Positions 37,170 through 45,757 of a stretch of DNA of 64,000 bases are shown piece after piece (position 1 is the stretch's first letter; each line of letters starts with the position of its first letter). A program made the position numbers and the translations under genes. The notes beneath the pieces were generated by a model. It was not told where the DNA came from, searched no databases, and saw only the letters and a list, made by a program, of their open reading frames with translations. The stretch comes from Bacteroidales bacterium (GTDB taxonomy: Bacteria; Bacteroidota; Bacteroidia; Bacteroidales; UBA932). The stretch lies in assembly GCA_021443665.1 (NCBI GenBank), contig JABUTN010000002.1, positions 27,943-91,942 on the forward strand, given 5' to 3'.

Positions 37170-38477
37170 TTATTCGGGTTTCAGAAGAGGTATCCGCCTG
37201 CGGCTCATCAGTGTCATATAGAGTGAGCGGGCCACCAGGTGAATGAAGTAGGCGATGTAGAGCGCCTGGATGCCAAACCAGGGGCGCAGCAGATAGAAGG
37301 AGCCCAGGAACAGGGCGGAAGCGATGAGCATTGAGTCCCTCAGGGCGGATGATTCGGTCGCGCCCACATAGATTCCGTCCCAGATAAAGGCCACGCAACT
37401 CACAAGGGGCATCAGATACAGCCAGAAGATGAACTGTGTGGATGCTTCGATGACCGCCGTATCGCTTGTGAACACCGAAACCATCCACTTTCCTCCAATG
37501 ACATAGAGGAAGGTGAATGCAAGACCTATGACAGCCCCCCACCTGAACACCGACAGGACGATTCTGCGCAGACGGAAGCCATTGCGTTCCCCGATATAGC
37601 GTCCCGTAAGGGCCTCGCCGGCGAAGGCAAAACCGTCCACGAAATAGGAGTAGAGAAGGAGCAGTTTCATCATCACCGAACTGAGCGCCAGCTGCACGTC
37701 ACCGAACTCTGTGGCAAGAATTGTGAATCCGCAATACACCACCAGCATAAGGGCCGATCTGATGAAATTGTCCCCGTTGAGTTTGAAGAACTTCTTCATC
37801 TTGGAGCGCATCAGACTGCTTTTCACGGAGATATGCGGCAACAAATCCGGATAGCGGATGAACATCAGACTCAGGGACAGGGCCAGGCCGCTCCATTGGG
37901 CGATTACCGTACCCCAGGCGATTCCGTTGAAGCCCAGCGGGGTGTGGAAGGCCAGAAGGTAGCTCGCGATGATATGAATCACATTGATGCTCACATCCAC
38001 CACCATCTGGAACATAGTGTTCTGCATACCCACGAACCAGCCCCTGAACACAAAGAGTTGAAGGGCGGCGGGCACGGCCCAGATACGTATGAAGAAGTAG
38101 CGGGAAGCCGTCTCCTGCACCTGAGGCGAGCAGTTCAGAAAATAGAAGGCCCCCTTGATGAAGAGCCACTGCACGGCGAGAATCAGGACTGCGGTGACAA
38201 GGGCCGTGATGGCTCCCTGCACAAAGGGCTCCATCATTCCGTCCTTGTCCCTGCGGCCGAAGGCCTGGGCACAAGGCCCCGCCGTTCCGACCCTCAGGAA
38301 TCCCATATTCCAATATAGAATATCGAAGAGCATTGAGCCAATCACCACTCCGGACATCATCGTGGCATCGCCTATATGTCCGGCAATAGCGAGGTCCACT
38401 ATGCCGACAAGAGGCACAGTGATACTGGCAAGAATGCTTGGCGCGGCCAGTTTGAGGACTTCTTTGTCTATTCTCAA
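37170..38477 (-). CDS. MATE family efflux transporter (DinF-like)
   Basis: 12 TM helices and a MATE-typical N-terminus 'KEVLKLAAPSILASITVPLVGIVD'. The start appears to be TTG at 38477, overlapping the upstream stop (TTGA). Confidence 0.85.
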   Translation of the reverse strand: MRIDKEVLKLAAPSILASITVPLVGIVDLAIAGHIGDATMMSGVVIGSMLFDILYWNMGFLRVGTAGPCAQAFGRRDKDGMMEPFVQGAITALVTAVLILAVQWLFIKGAFYFLNCSPQVQETASRYFFIRIWAVPAALQLFVFRGWFVGMQNTMFQMVVDVSINVIHIIASYLLAFHTPLGFNGIAWGTVIAQWSGLALSLSLMFIRYPDLLPHISVKSSLMRSKMKKFFKLNGDNFIRSALMLVVYCGFTILATEFGDVQLALSSVMMKLLLLYSYFVDGFAFAGEALTGRYIGERNGFRLRRIVLSVFRWGAVIGLAFTFLYVIGGKWMVSVFTSDTAVIEASTQFIFWLYLMPLVSCVAFIWDGIYVGATESSALRDSMLIASALFLGSFYLLRPWFGIQALYIAYFIHLVARSLYMTLMSRRRIPLLKPE

Positions 38478-39124
38478 AACTTAACGGACATTCCTAAACT
38501 AACCAGGGCGCGATAGCCGAAACCAAGTTCGGCAAAGCCGCCCACGATATTGCCGTAACGCACTTTGATGGCTGTGAGGTGGTAGGCGAACTTGTGGTGG
38601 ACGCCTCCGTTATGCTCGTTCTGGGGGGCTTTCTGATCCACAACCTCCTTCTGGTATGCGTATCCCAGATGAGCTCCCGAACTCAGTTCGAGCTTGTCTT
38701 CCTGATACCAGGTGTAATAGGCGCAGACCACAGCCGTTATCGTGGTCATACCGGAACGGCAGGCTTTTGTCCACTCGGTTATATTCTCGTTATCGCGATA
38801 CCAGAGTTCGGCTCGGGCATAGCTGATGCCTGCATTGACTCCGATGGAGAAGGCGGGAGTGATGCAGAAATTGTAGCCGAACTGCGCCGCACCGAAATAA
38901 AGATGGTTGCGGCTGTTCACCTCAAAGGTGGTTTTATCCCCGGAGAACCTTTGCTTTATGGTGATGAGTTCGAGCAGGGTGGGGGCACCATAGGAGAGGG
39001 TGAACTCACTGCGGGGGAAATACTCCGCATCGATGTCGCGTTCAGAGTAGCTTTTCCTCCCTGCGGAGGCTGAAAATACGGATACGGCGGAAACAAGCGC
39101 CAGTACAATCAATAGTTTTTTCAT
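38474..39124 (-). CDS. Outer-membrane beta-barrel (porin-family/OmpW-like size) protein
   Basis: Signal peptide 'MKKLLIVLALVSAVSVFSASA', alternating-hydrophobic strands and the C-terminus 'GMSVKF'. ATGA overlap with the upstream gene. Confidence 0.7.
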   Translation of the reverse strand: MKKLLIVLALVSAVSVFSASAGRKSYSERDIDAEYFPRSEFTLSYGAPTLLELITIKQRFSGDKTTFEVNSRNHLYFGAAQFGYNFCITPAFSIGVNAGISYARAELWYRDNENITEWTKACRSGMTTITAVVCAYYTWYQEDKLELSSGAHLGYAYQKEVVDQKAPQNEHNGGVHHKFAYHLTAIKVRYGNIVGGFAELGFGYRALVSLGMSVKF

Positions 39125-40137
39125 ATCTGTTTTGTTTTTATTTTTTTCAATTGGATAAACAGGACGGACAGGGTGCCGGCCAATATCATCGCAAGGGCCT
39201 GAGCCTCGTGCGAAACGGTGGCGAAGAGAAGACCCGAATCCCAGGCGATACCGTAAATCGAACTTAGGGCGAGAGCCACTATGTAGTGATAGGCCCCTAT
39301 TCCGCCAGGCACCGGCACAAGCCAGCCCAGGGAACCCACCACCGAAAGGAAGATGGCGTCACCGAATCCGAGCGCATTCATCTCCGGAAAATGGGGACCG
39401 GCAAAGGCCTTTATGCCGCACCAGGCCGTGAAGAAATAGCTGAGCCACAGCAGCAGCGTCCACAGCAGAAATTCCCACTTGCGGGGCATCTTCAGGCCCA
39501 TCACTATGCCGTCACGCAGACTAAGGAAGGCGGAGATTATGCGCCCCGCGGCACGATTCTGCGCCGGACCCTCGCAACGGCGGCAAACAAAGATGACACA
39601 GAGCAGGGCGAGCAGCACAAGGCCCACCGCGACAGCAATAATCATCGGAGAAAGGGAGAAAGTATCGGGCAGCAACGAGGACAAGAAGTCTCCAAATCGC
39701 TGCCACTGGAGGCTGCACACCAGCAGAAGTACTATGCCGAGGGAAAGCAGGTCCCAACTTCGCTCCAGAATCACCGTGCCGAGAACAGCCTCGAATGAGG
39801 CCTTGCCTGTGGCGCCGATTACACCGCAACGAACGAATTCCCCTATGCGCGGAAGGGCGAAATTGCTCAAGTAGGCAATGGTATAGCCATCGTAGGACTC
39901 GCGCAGACTGATTTCCCTGTTCAGTGGCAGCATCACTATGCGCCAGCGGGCGCCCCTGATTACAAAGCCGGCCCATCCTATAGCCACCGAAGCGGCAACC
40001 CACCACCACGAGCAAAGCGACAGCCCCTGTGCGAAACCCTTCCAGTCTGTACCCTTGAATGCGAAATAAAGACACAGCAGTGCCAAAGCCACGGACAAAG
40101 GCAATTTCCACCAAGAACTATGCATTCTGCGCCCCAT
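39121..40137 (-). CDS. Lysylphosphatidylglycerol-synthase-TM-like (flippase-like, UPF0104) membrane protein
   Basis: Polytopic. The N-terminal pattern 'LCLYFAFKGTDWKGFAQGL...WWWVAASVAIGWAGFVIRGARWRIVM' matches the LPG_synthase_TM family. ATG at 40137 lies 6 nt downstream of a -7 box. The track start at 40146 is a TTG inside that box. Confidence 0.6.
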   Translation of the reverse strand: MGRRMHSSWWKLPLSVALALLCLYFAFKGTDWKGFAQGLSLCSWWWVAASVAIGWAGFVIRGARWRIVMLPLNREISLRESYDGYTIAYLSNFALPRIGEFVRCGVIGATGKASFEAVLGTVILERSWDLLSLGIVLLLVCSLQWQRFGDFLSSLLPDTFSLSPMIIAVAVGLVLLALLCVIFVCRRCEGPAQNRAAGRIISAFLSLRDGIVMGLKMPRKWEFLLWTLLLWLSYFFTAWCGIKAFAGPHFPEMNALGFGDAIFLSVVGSLGWLVPVPGGIGAYHYIVALALSSIYGIAWDSGLLFATVSHEAQALAMILAGTLSVLFIQLKKIKTKQI

Positions 40138-40143
40138 AAACTG

Positions 40144-40151
40144 CAAATTTA
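40144..40151 (-). promoter_or_regulatory. -7 box TAaaTTTG (LPG-synthase-TM-like/OMP/MATE operon)
   Basis: 6 nt upstream of ATG 40137. It is one arm of a 9-bp inverted repeat. Confidence 0.5.
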
Positions 40152-40162
40152 CGAAAAAAAAC

Positions 40163-40170
40163 TAAATTTG
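40163..40170 (+). promoter_or_regulatory. -7 box TAaaTTTG (PfkB kinase)
   Basis: 5 nt upstream of ATG 40176. It is the other arm of the inverted repeat. Confidence 0.5.
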
Positions 40171-40175
40171 CCCCT

Positions 40176-41168
40176 ATGAAATCTATTCTTGGCATCGGAA
40201 ACGCCCTCACAGACATACTCGCTGTCCTTCCAGACAGTTCCCTCCTCAATGAATTCCACCTCCCGAAAGGGTCCATGCAACACGTGGACCGCGCCACGGG
40301 CGACAAAATCTGGAACTATCTCAAGCCTATGGGCGTGCAGTATGTGGCCGGGGGCTCAGCCGCCAACACCATAGTTGGAACGGCCGTTTTCGGCATGCAC
40401 AGCGGCTTCATCGGAAAGGTGGGCGATGACGAAATCGGCGCCCTCTACATCTCCGACCTGGAGCAGAACGGCATCAGGACGCACATCCTCAAAAGTGAGG
40501 TGGCATCCGGAAGGGCTATGGTCTTCATCACCGCCCCCAATGCCGAACGCACCTTCGCCACCTACCTCGGAGCGGCTCTGGAACTGAGCCCGGAAGACCT
40601 CACGCCCGAAATGTTCGACGGCTACGACTACTTCCACATCGAGGGCTATCTGGTGCAGAAACAGGACCTGCTGCGCCGAGCCGTGGAACTGGCGAAGGCC
40701 GCAGGCTGCTACATTTCCCTCGATATGGCCTCCTACAATGTCGTGGAAAGCAACCAAGCCTTCCTGCACGACATAGTGGAGAACTTTGTGGACATAGTTT
40801 TCGCCAATGAATCCGAAGCCCTCGCCTACACGGGCAAGAGTCCCCGCGAAGCCGTGGACATAATTGCCGGCAGCTGCGACATCGCCGTGGTAAAAGTCGG
40901 GAAGGAAGGTTCTATGGTGAAACGGGGCGATGAGTTCCATTTCATTGAGCCCTGGCCCGCCGAAGCCGTTGACGCAACCGGGGCCGGCGATATTTACGCC
41001 TCGGGCTTCCTCTACGCCCACTCTCTCGGGATGCCACTGAAAGTGTGCGGGGAAATCGGATCCATCATTTCCGCAAAGGTGGTGGAGGTCATAGGACCGA
41101 AAGTTGATATTCCGCGCTGGAAGGCCGCCAAGCACGAAATCAAGGGCCTGATTGCCAAAAATCTTTAG
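40176..41168 (+). CDS. PfkB family carbohydrate/adenosine kinase
   Basis: 'GGSAANT' and the C-terminal 'DATGAGDIYASGFLY' PfkB signature. 330 aa. Confidence 0.85.
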   Translation: MKSILGIGNALTDILAVLPDSSLLNEFHLPKGSMQHVDRATGDKIWNYLKPMGVQYVAGGSAANTIVGTAVFGMHSGFIGKVGDDEIGALYISDLEQNGIRTHILKSEVASGRAMVFITAPNAERTFATYLGAALELSPEDLTPEMFDGYDYFHIEGYLVQKQDLLRRAVELAKAAGCYISLDMASYNVVESNQAFLHDIVENFVDIVFANESEALAYTGKSPREAVDIIAGSCDIAVVKVGKEGSMVKRGDEFHFIEPWPAEAVDATGAGDIYASGFLYAHSLGMPLKVCGEIGSIISAKVVEVIGPKVDIPRWKAAKHEIKGLIAKNL

Positions 41169-41171
41169 CAG

Positions 41172-42320
41172 CTACTGCAGGAGCCACTTCTCGGGATCCT
41201 GCTTCTCAGTCCCCTTCCATACCTGGAAGTGGAAAACCGTCGCTCCCTTCGAATCCTTGACCACGGTGCCGAGGGCCGTGCCTGCAGCCACCTTGTCTCC
41301 CACCTTGACACTTATGTCCTTGAGTTTGCAGTAGAATGTGAAATACTGTCCGTGCTGGAGCAGCACGCAGGTGTTGTATCCCGGGAAGGCCAGCACATAC
41401 TTGACTTCCCCCGCGAACACCGCCGTCGCCTTGCAGCCTTCGGAAGTGGAGATATCCACTCCGTTGTTCTGGACCTTCACTTTCAGGACAGGGTCAGTGG
41501 TGGTGCCGAAGTGGGCGACCACAACCGGCTCACTGACGGGCCAAGGCAGTTTGCCTCGCATTCCCTCGAAAGAATTGTCCTCGGATGAAGAGTCTTTCTT
41601 CTTGCTCATCTCGGATTTGAGCAGTTGCTGGATTTTCTTCTCCAGGGAGGCCATTTCCTTCTTTTTGGTATCCAGTTCCTTCTTCATCTGCTTCTCCTGC
41701 TTCTTGAGCGAACTGATGGTTTTCTGCATCTGGCCCTCCTCATTCTTCAGACTCTGGCGTTCCGTCTGCTCGTCCCTGCGGGTGCGCTCCGTCTGGGCCT
41801 TGATGGTCTCTATGTCACTTTTCTGCACAGATATTTCCTTTTTCACCGACTTGATTTCCACTGCCTGCCTGTTCACCTCCTTGGAGATGTTGTTGAGATA
41901 CTGCCAGCGGCGCAGACCCTGTCCGAGGTCTTTGGCGGACATCACATACATAAACCACACCTTGTAGTCGCGGTTCTTGTAGGCGTTCAACACCAGGCGG
42001 GAATGATACATTTCGAGGGTGTCAAGGCGCAGGTTCAGTAACTTTATGGCAGCCTCCTTCTCCCTGATCTGCTCGTCGAGCGACTCTATCTGGCGACCGA
42101 GGCTCTGTATTATCTTGTTGCGGGCGGTAATTTTCGCCTGTATCAGGGAAAGGGCGTGCGTGCTGGACTTCTGGTCGCTTTTCGTCTTTTCCAGACGCCC
42201 ATCTATCAGGGCAATCTCTTCCGAGAGTTTCTTCTGGCGCTCCTGCTCACGGCGCACATCCTGTGCCTGTGCGGCCACAGAACATACTATCAGCAGGAAT
42301 GTCAGAATCCGTCTTTGCAT
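41172..42320 (-). CDS. EnvC-like murein hydrolase activator (coiled coil plus degenerate LytM/M23 domain)
   Basis: Signal peptide, a roughly 230-aa Lys/Glu coiled coil and a C-terminal LytM fold in which the metal ligands are replaced ('NNGVDIST', 'LLQHGQYFTFYCKL'). ATG at 42320; the track start at 42323 is GTG. Confidence 0.8.
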   Translation of the reverse strand: MQRRILTFLLIVCSVAAQAQDVRREQERQKKLSEEIALIDGRLEKTKSDQKSSTHALSLIQAKITARNKIIQSLGRQIESLDEQIREKEAAIKLLNLRLDTLEMYHSRLVLNAYKNRDYKVWFMYVMSAKDLGQGLRRWQYLNNISKEVNRQAVEIKSVKKEISVQKSDIETIKAQTERTRRDEQTERQSLKNEEGQMQKTISSLKKQEKQMKKELDTKKKEMASLEKKIQQLLKSEMSKKKDSSSEDNSFEGMRGKLPWPVSEPVVVAHFGTTTDPVLKVKVQNNGVDISTSEGCKATAVFAGEVKYVLAFPGYNTCVLLQHGQYFTFYCKLKDISVKVGDKVAAGTALGTVVKDSKGATVFHFQVWKGTEKQDPEKWLLQ

Positions 42321-43906
42321 CACTTGCCCCTATTGCGCAGAGAATTTATCTTTTCGGTAAGATTCAGGGAAGGGTCCTTTTTCATAGCCCTCTCGTAATA
42401 TAGAATGGCCAGGTCATACTCCTTTAGGGAATTGAGGACCTCGGCGAAGTGCATCAGGCATACAGCGCAGTCCTGCCCGCCATAGACCATCACTTTCTTG
42501 AAGGTCACCTTCGCCATCTCGTTTTTGCCCATCAGATACTGGATCCATCCGTAGGTGTCGAGATAGTTGGCGTTCTCCGGCTCAGCCACGATAGTTTTCT
42601 CACTCATCCTGAGGGCTTTGTCAAGACTGGAGCCAAGCAGGCTGAGATGGTAGGCGTAGTTGTTCAGCACAGGCACATAGTCAGGATTGATTTTTAAGGC
42701 CTTGTCATAGTATTTGAAGGCCTTCTGCGTCTGTCCGCTGTCCTGGTACAAGTCCCCCATAGCCGCATAGCAGTGGAGCAGGGGCACGCTGTTTTTGGGG
42801 AGCATACGGGACAGTTTGTTGTAGGTCTCGAGGGCCTCACTGCGCCTCTCGGCCTTCCAATAGGCTATGGCGAGAAATTCGGTGAAACCGGCGCTGTCCG
42901 GGAACTCCTTCAGTGCATCGCCCAGCACCTTTATCAGATAGTCCCATCTCTCGAGATAGTACAGGGCCGAGGCGAGCTGGGTATATGACCTTTCCTCGTG
43001 GGGGAAGGAGTTGAGGTTCTTCTGATACACCCCGAGGCCGTAATCGGGCCTGTCCGTGCGGAAAAAATAGCTTGCAGCCATAAAATTGGCTGTGGTGTCC
43101 TCGGGATGGGCCTGCAGCACCAGCAGCACCAGTGAATCCACCTGCGCCTTGAAGGAAGACACCATATTGGGGTTGAACACCACCTGCTCCAGATAGTCCG
43201 CCTTCACGCCGGAATCGATGTTCTCGCTGGCCATAAAGACGTTCAGATTGTCGAAATAACCCCTTATGTCGTTGCGCCTGCGGCACACCTCCGCCTTCCC
43301 GTAGTAGGCCGGGTCGTAATCTGAGTCAAGCTGCAGGGTCTCATCGTAGTATTGGAGAGCCAGGCTGTCCTGATAGCGGGAAGCGTGCCACTCCCCGAGG
43401 ATGAAACAGGATTGGGGGTTGGGATTGACCTTGTTGAGTTTGGTCAGAAGTTCCATGGCCTCATCGAATTTGCCTGTGGCACGCAGCAGTTCAAAGCGCA
43501 TGCTGCTGCTCTGGAGAGTCTGCCCCGTCATCTCCTCCACCTTGACCAGATATTTGAGGGAATTGTCGAAATCCTTCCGGGCATAGTATCTCTCGGCCAG
43601 TTCGGTAAGGTACTGCGTATTGGTGGAGTCGATTGCGGCGGCGGCAAGAAGATGCTCCATCGAGGATTCTTCATCTCCGCGCTCCAGTTCTATCTGGGAA
43701 AGGTAGTAGTGGGATGCGTCATCTTCACTGTTCTCCGACAAGGCCCTCATAAAAAGCGAGGCGGCCCTATCCATATCGCCAAGATTGAACAGTTCGAGTC
43801 CTTTGAGATAAGAATTGCTGATTGTCTGTGCGAAGGAGCCCTGCAATGTCAGAAAAAGGGCAGCCGCCACAGACAAAAATCTTCTAAAAAACATATCGGT
43901 TTTCAT
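42320..43906 (-). CDS. Tetratricopeptide-repeat protein, secreted
   Basis: ATG at 43906 gives the signal peptide 'MKTDMFFRRFLSVAAALFLTLQGSFAQ'. Multiple TPR units follow ('AYYGKAEV', 'AIAYWKAE', 'YDKALKINPDY'). The stop overlaps the envC-like start. Confidence 0.8.
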   Translation of the reverse strand: MKTDMFFRRFLSVAAALFLTLQGSFAQTISNSYLKGLELFNLGDMDRAASLFMRALSENSEDDASHYYLSQIELERGDEESSMEHLLAAAAIDSTNTQYLTELAERYYARKDFDNSLKYLVKVEEMTGQTLQSSSMRFELLRATGKFDEAMELLTKLNKVNPNPQSCFILGEWHASRYQDSLALQYYDETLQLDSDYDPAYYGKAEVCRRRNDIRGYFDNLNVFMASENIDSGVKADYLEQVVFNPNMVSSFKAQVDSLVLLVLQAHPEDTTANFMAASYFFRTDRPDYGLGVYQKNLNSFPHEERSYTQLASALYYLERWDYLIKVLGDALKEFPDSAGFTEFLAIAYWKAERRSEALETYNKLSRMLPKNSVPLLHCYAAMGDLYQDSGQTQKAFKYYDKALKINPDYVPVLNNYAYHLSLLGSSLDKALRMSEKTIVAEPENANYLDTYGWIQYLMGKNEMAKVTFKKVMVYGGQDCAVCLMHFAEVLNSLKEYDLAILYYERAMKKDPSLNLTEKINSLRNRGK

Positions 43907-43915
43907 TTCAGGGCA

Positions 43916-43923
43916 CAAATTTA
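43916..43923 (-). promoter_or_regulatory. -7 box TAaaTTTG (TPR/envC-like operon)
   Basis: 9 nt upstream of ATG 43906. Confidence 0.45.
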
Positions 43924-43956
43924 ATCTTTTAGTATGCGTAATGCAACAATTGTGCT

Positions 43957-43964
43957 TAATTTTG
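43957..43964 (+). promoter_or_regulatory. -7 box TAatTTTG (ECF sigma operon)
   Basis: 22 nt upstream of ATG 43987. Confidence 0.45.
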
Positions 43965-43986
43965 CATCTAATAAGAAGCAGCAGGA

Positions 43987-44553
43987 ATGCCTGTCCAAAA
44001 CCCGAACCTGACGGCGGACCTTGAACTGATTGAGGGCTGCCGCAAACAGAACAGACGCGCACAGCGCCAATTGTACGAGAGGTACGCCTCCCGTATGTTT
44101 GCCGTGTGTATGCGCTATGCGAAGGACAAGGACAGGGCCCAGGATATCTTGCAGGACGGTTTCATAACCGTCTTCAACAAGATAGACTCCTACCGCAACG
44201 AAGGTTCTTTTGAAGGCTGGATGAGGAGAATATTCGTCAACACGGCTCTGATGAGCATCCGTGGCGCCGACATCCTGAAGGATACCGCGGACATCACCGA
44301 GCTGAAGTCAGGCCTCCCGGTTGAGGACGACCATATTCTGGACAAGATAGACGGACATCTGATTATCAATCTGATATCCCAGATGCCCGAAGGTTTCAGA
44401 ATGATTTTCAACCTGAGTGTCATAGACGGTTTTTCCCACGTCGAGATAGCGCAGAAACTCGGCATCAGCGAGGGAACCTCCCGTTCGCAGTTGCTTCGGG
44501 CCCGCGCCTGGCTTCAAGAGAAAATTGTAAAACTTAAAATGAGAGAACAATGA
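43987..44553 (+). CDS. RNA polymerase ECF-type sigma-70 factor
   Basis: Region 2 'LYERYASRMFAVCMRYAKDKDRAQDILQDGFITVF' and region 4 HTH 'SHVEIAQKLGISEGTSRSQLLRARAWL'. 188 aa. Confidence 0.9.
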   Translation: MPVQNPNLTADLELIEGCRKQNRRAQRQLYERYASRMFAVCMRYAKDKDRAQDILQDGFITVFNKIDSYRNEGSFEGWMRRIFVNTALMSIRGADILKDTADITELKSGLPVEDDHILDKIDGHLIINLISQMPEGFRMIFNLSVIDGFSHVEIAQKLGISEGTSRSQLLRARAWLQEKIVKLKMREQ

Positions 44554-45743
44554 CAGACAGTCAGTTTGATAAGAAGATTGCTGAACTTGTGGACGATGTG
44601 CAGTTCGAAACCCCCGATTTCGAGAAGAACTGGTCGGCCATAGAGAGTTCGCTCCGCAAGCGCAGAACATTCATTCTCGCACGCAGGGCGGCATTCACCG
44701 CAGCCGCGGCGGCCGCTGTTGCCGTCGGAGTCTTCCTTAACCTGAGGTCGCCCCGCCTCCCCGAGATAGAGTCACCGGTGGGCATTGCCGCCATAGGGCA
44801 GCCGATGGTTTGTTCCACCGACACGGAGCCTAAAATAAAGATTCCTCCCATCAAGACGCTGAGCTGGTCGGACAAGGCCCCCGCCACCCTTCCTTTCAGC
44901 AGGACCTCCGACACAAATGCAAGGAAGAGTGTCCTGCAGACAGCATCCGAGGCTGCGGAAAGCGTTTCAGAAGAGGACAGCGTGAGGACAGAGAAGGCGG
45001 AAAAGAGGGAGAGCATCGCCGACCAGATCGACAATTCGCTGATGGCGATGAGGACGGCAGCCGCCGCAGATGAGGGAGAGGAATTCCTGCCCCGCCGCAA
45101 ATACGGCAGTTTCAGCATAGGCGCCTCGGCCAACGCCGGAATAATGTTCAAGGACAGGGAGACTTCCGCCCTTGCCAAGACGGGCCAGTACGCGCCAGGA
45201 GTCGATGGCGGCAGCCAGTACAACAAATTCGTGCCCATCGACAATGTCAGCAACTTCATGCCCGTCACCGCAGGTCTCAACCTCCAGTACACCTTCCCCG
45301 GAAGCAGGTTCTCCCTTTCATTGGGCTGCACCTACACCTACCTCTTCGGCCGCTATGACGCCATCTATGACGGTTCCAAGCAGGGTCGCGTGGCCCAGTC
45401 CTGCCACTACATCGGAGTGCCCCTGAGCGCCTACTGCAGCATCCTGAGCAACAAATATTTCAATTTCTACTGTATGCTCGGAGGAGCAGTCGAGAAAGGC
45501 CTCTCCACATCATACGATATGACAGACCTCAACGGCAACCGCATCCACGAGACTTCTGGCATCAAGGGTGTGCAGTGGTCAGCCTTTGCGGGCATCGGCT
45601 TCGAATACACCTTCCTGAAATGGATGGGTCTCTACCTTGACCCCCGCGTAGCCTACTACTTCGACAACAACCAGCCCTTCAACGCACGCACGCAGCAGCC
45701 TCTGCAGTTCACATTCGACCTGGGCTTCAGGTTCCACATTTAA
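44550..45743 (+). CDS. Anti-sigma-like N-terminus plus TM, fused to a C-terminal outer-membrane beta-barrel domain
   Basis: ATGA-coupled to the sigma gene. A roughly 50-aa N-terminal segment is followed by the TM 'AAFTAAAAAAVAVGVFLNL', a roughly 140-aa Ser/Glu/Ala-rich linker and a roughly 190-aa alternating-strand domain ending 'QFTFDLGFRFHI'. Confidence 0.65.
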   Translation: MTDSQFDKKIAELVDDVQFETPDFEKNWSAIESSLRKRRTFILARRAAFTAAAAAAVAVGVFLNLRSPRLPEIESPVGIAAIGQPMVCSTDTEPKIKIPPIKTLSWSDKAPATLPFSRTSDTNARKSVLQTASEAAESVSEEDSVRTEKAEKRESIADQIDNSLMAMRTAAAADEGEEFLPRRKYGSFSIGASANAGIMFKDRETSALAKTGQYAPGVDGGSQYNKFVPIDNVSNFMPVTAGLNLQYTFPGSRFSLSLGCTYTYLFGRYDAIYDGSKQGRVAQSCHYIGVPLSAYCSILSNKYFNFYCMLGGAVEKGLSTSYDMTDLNGNRIHETSGIKGVQWSAFAGIGFEYTFLKWMGLYLDPRVAYYFDNNQPFNARTQQPLQFTFDLGFRFHI

Positions 45744-45757
45744 GCATTCCCTCTGAA

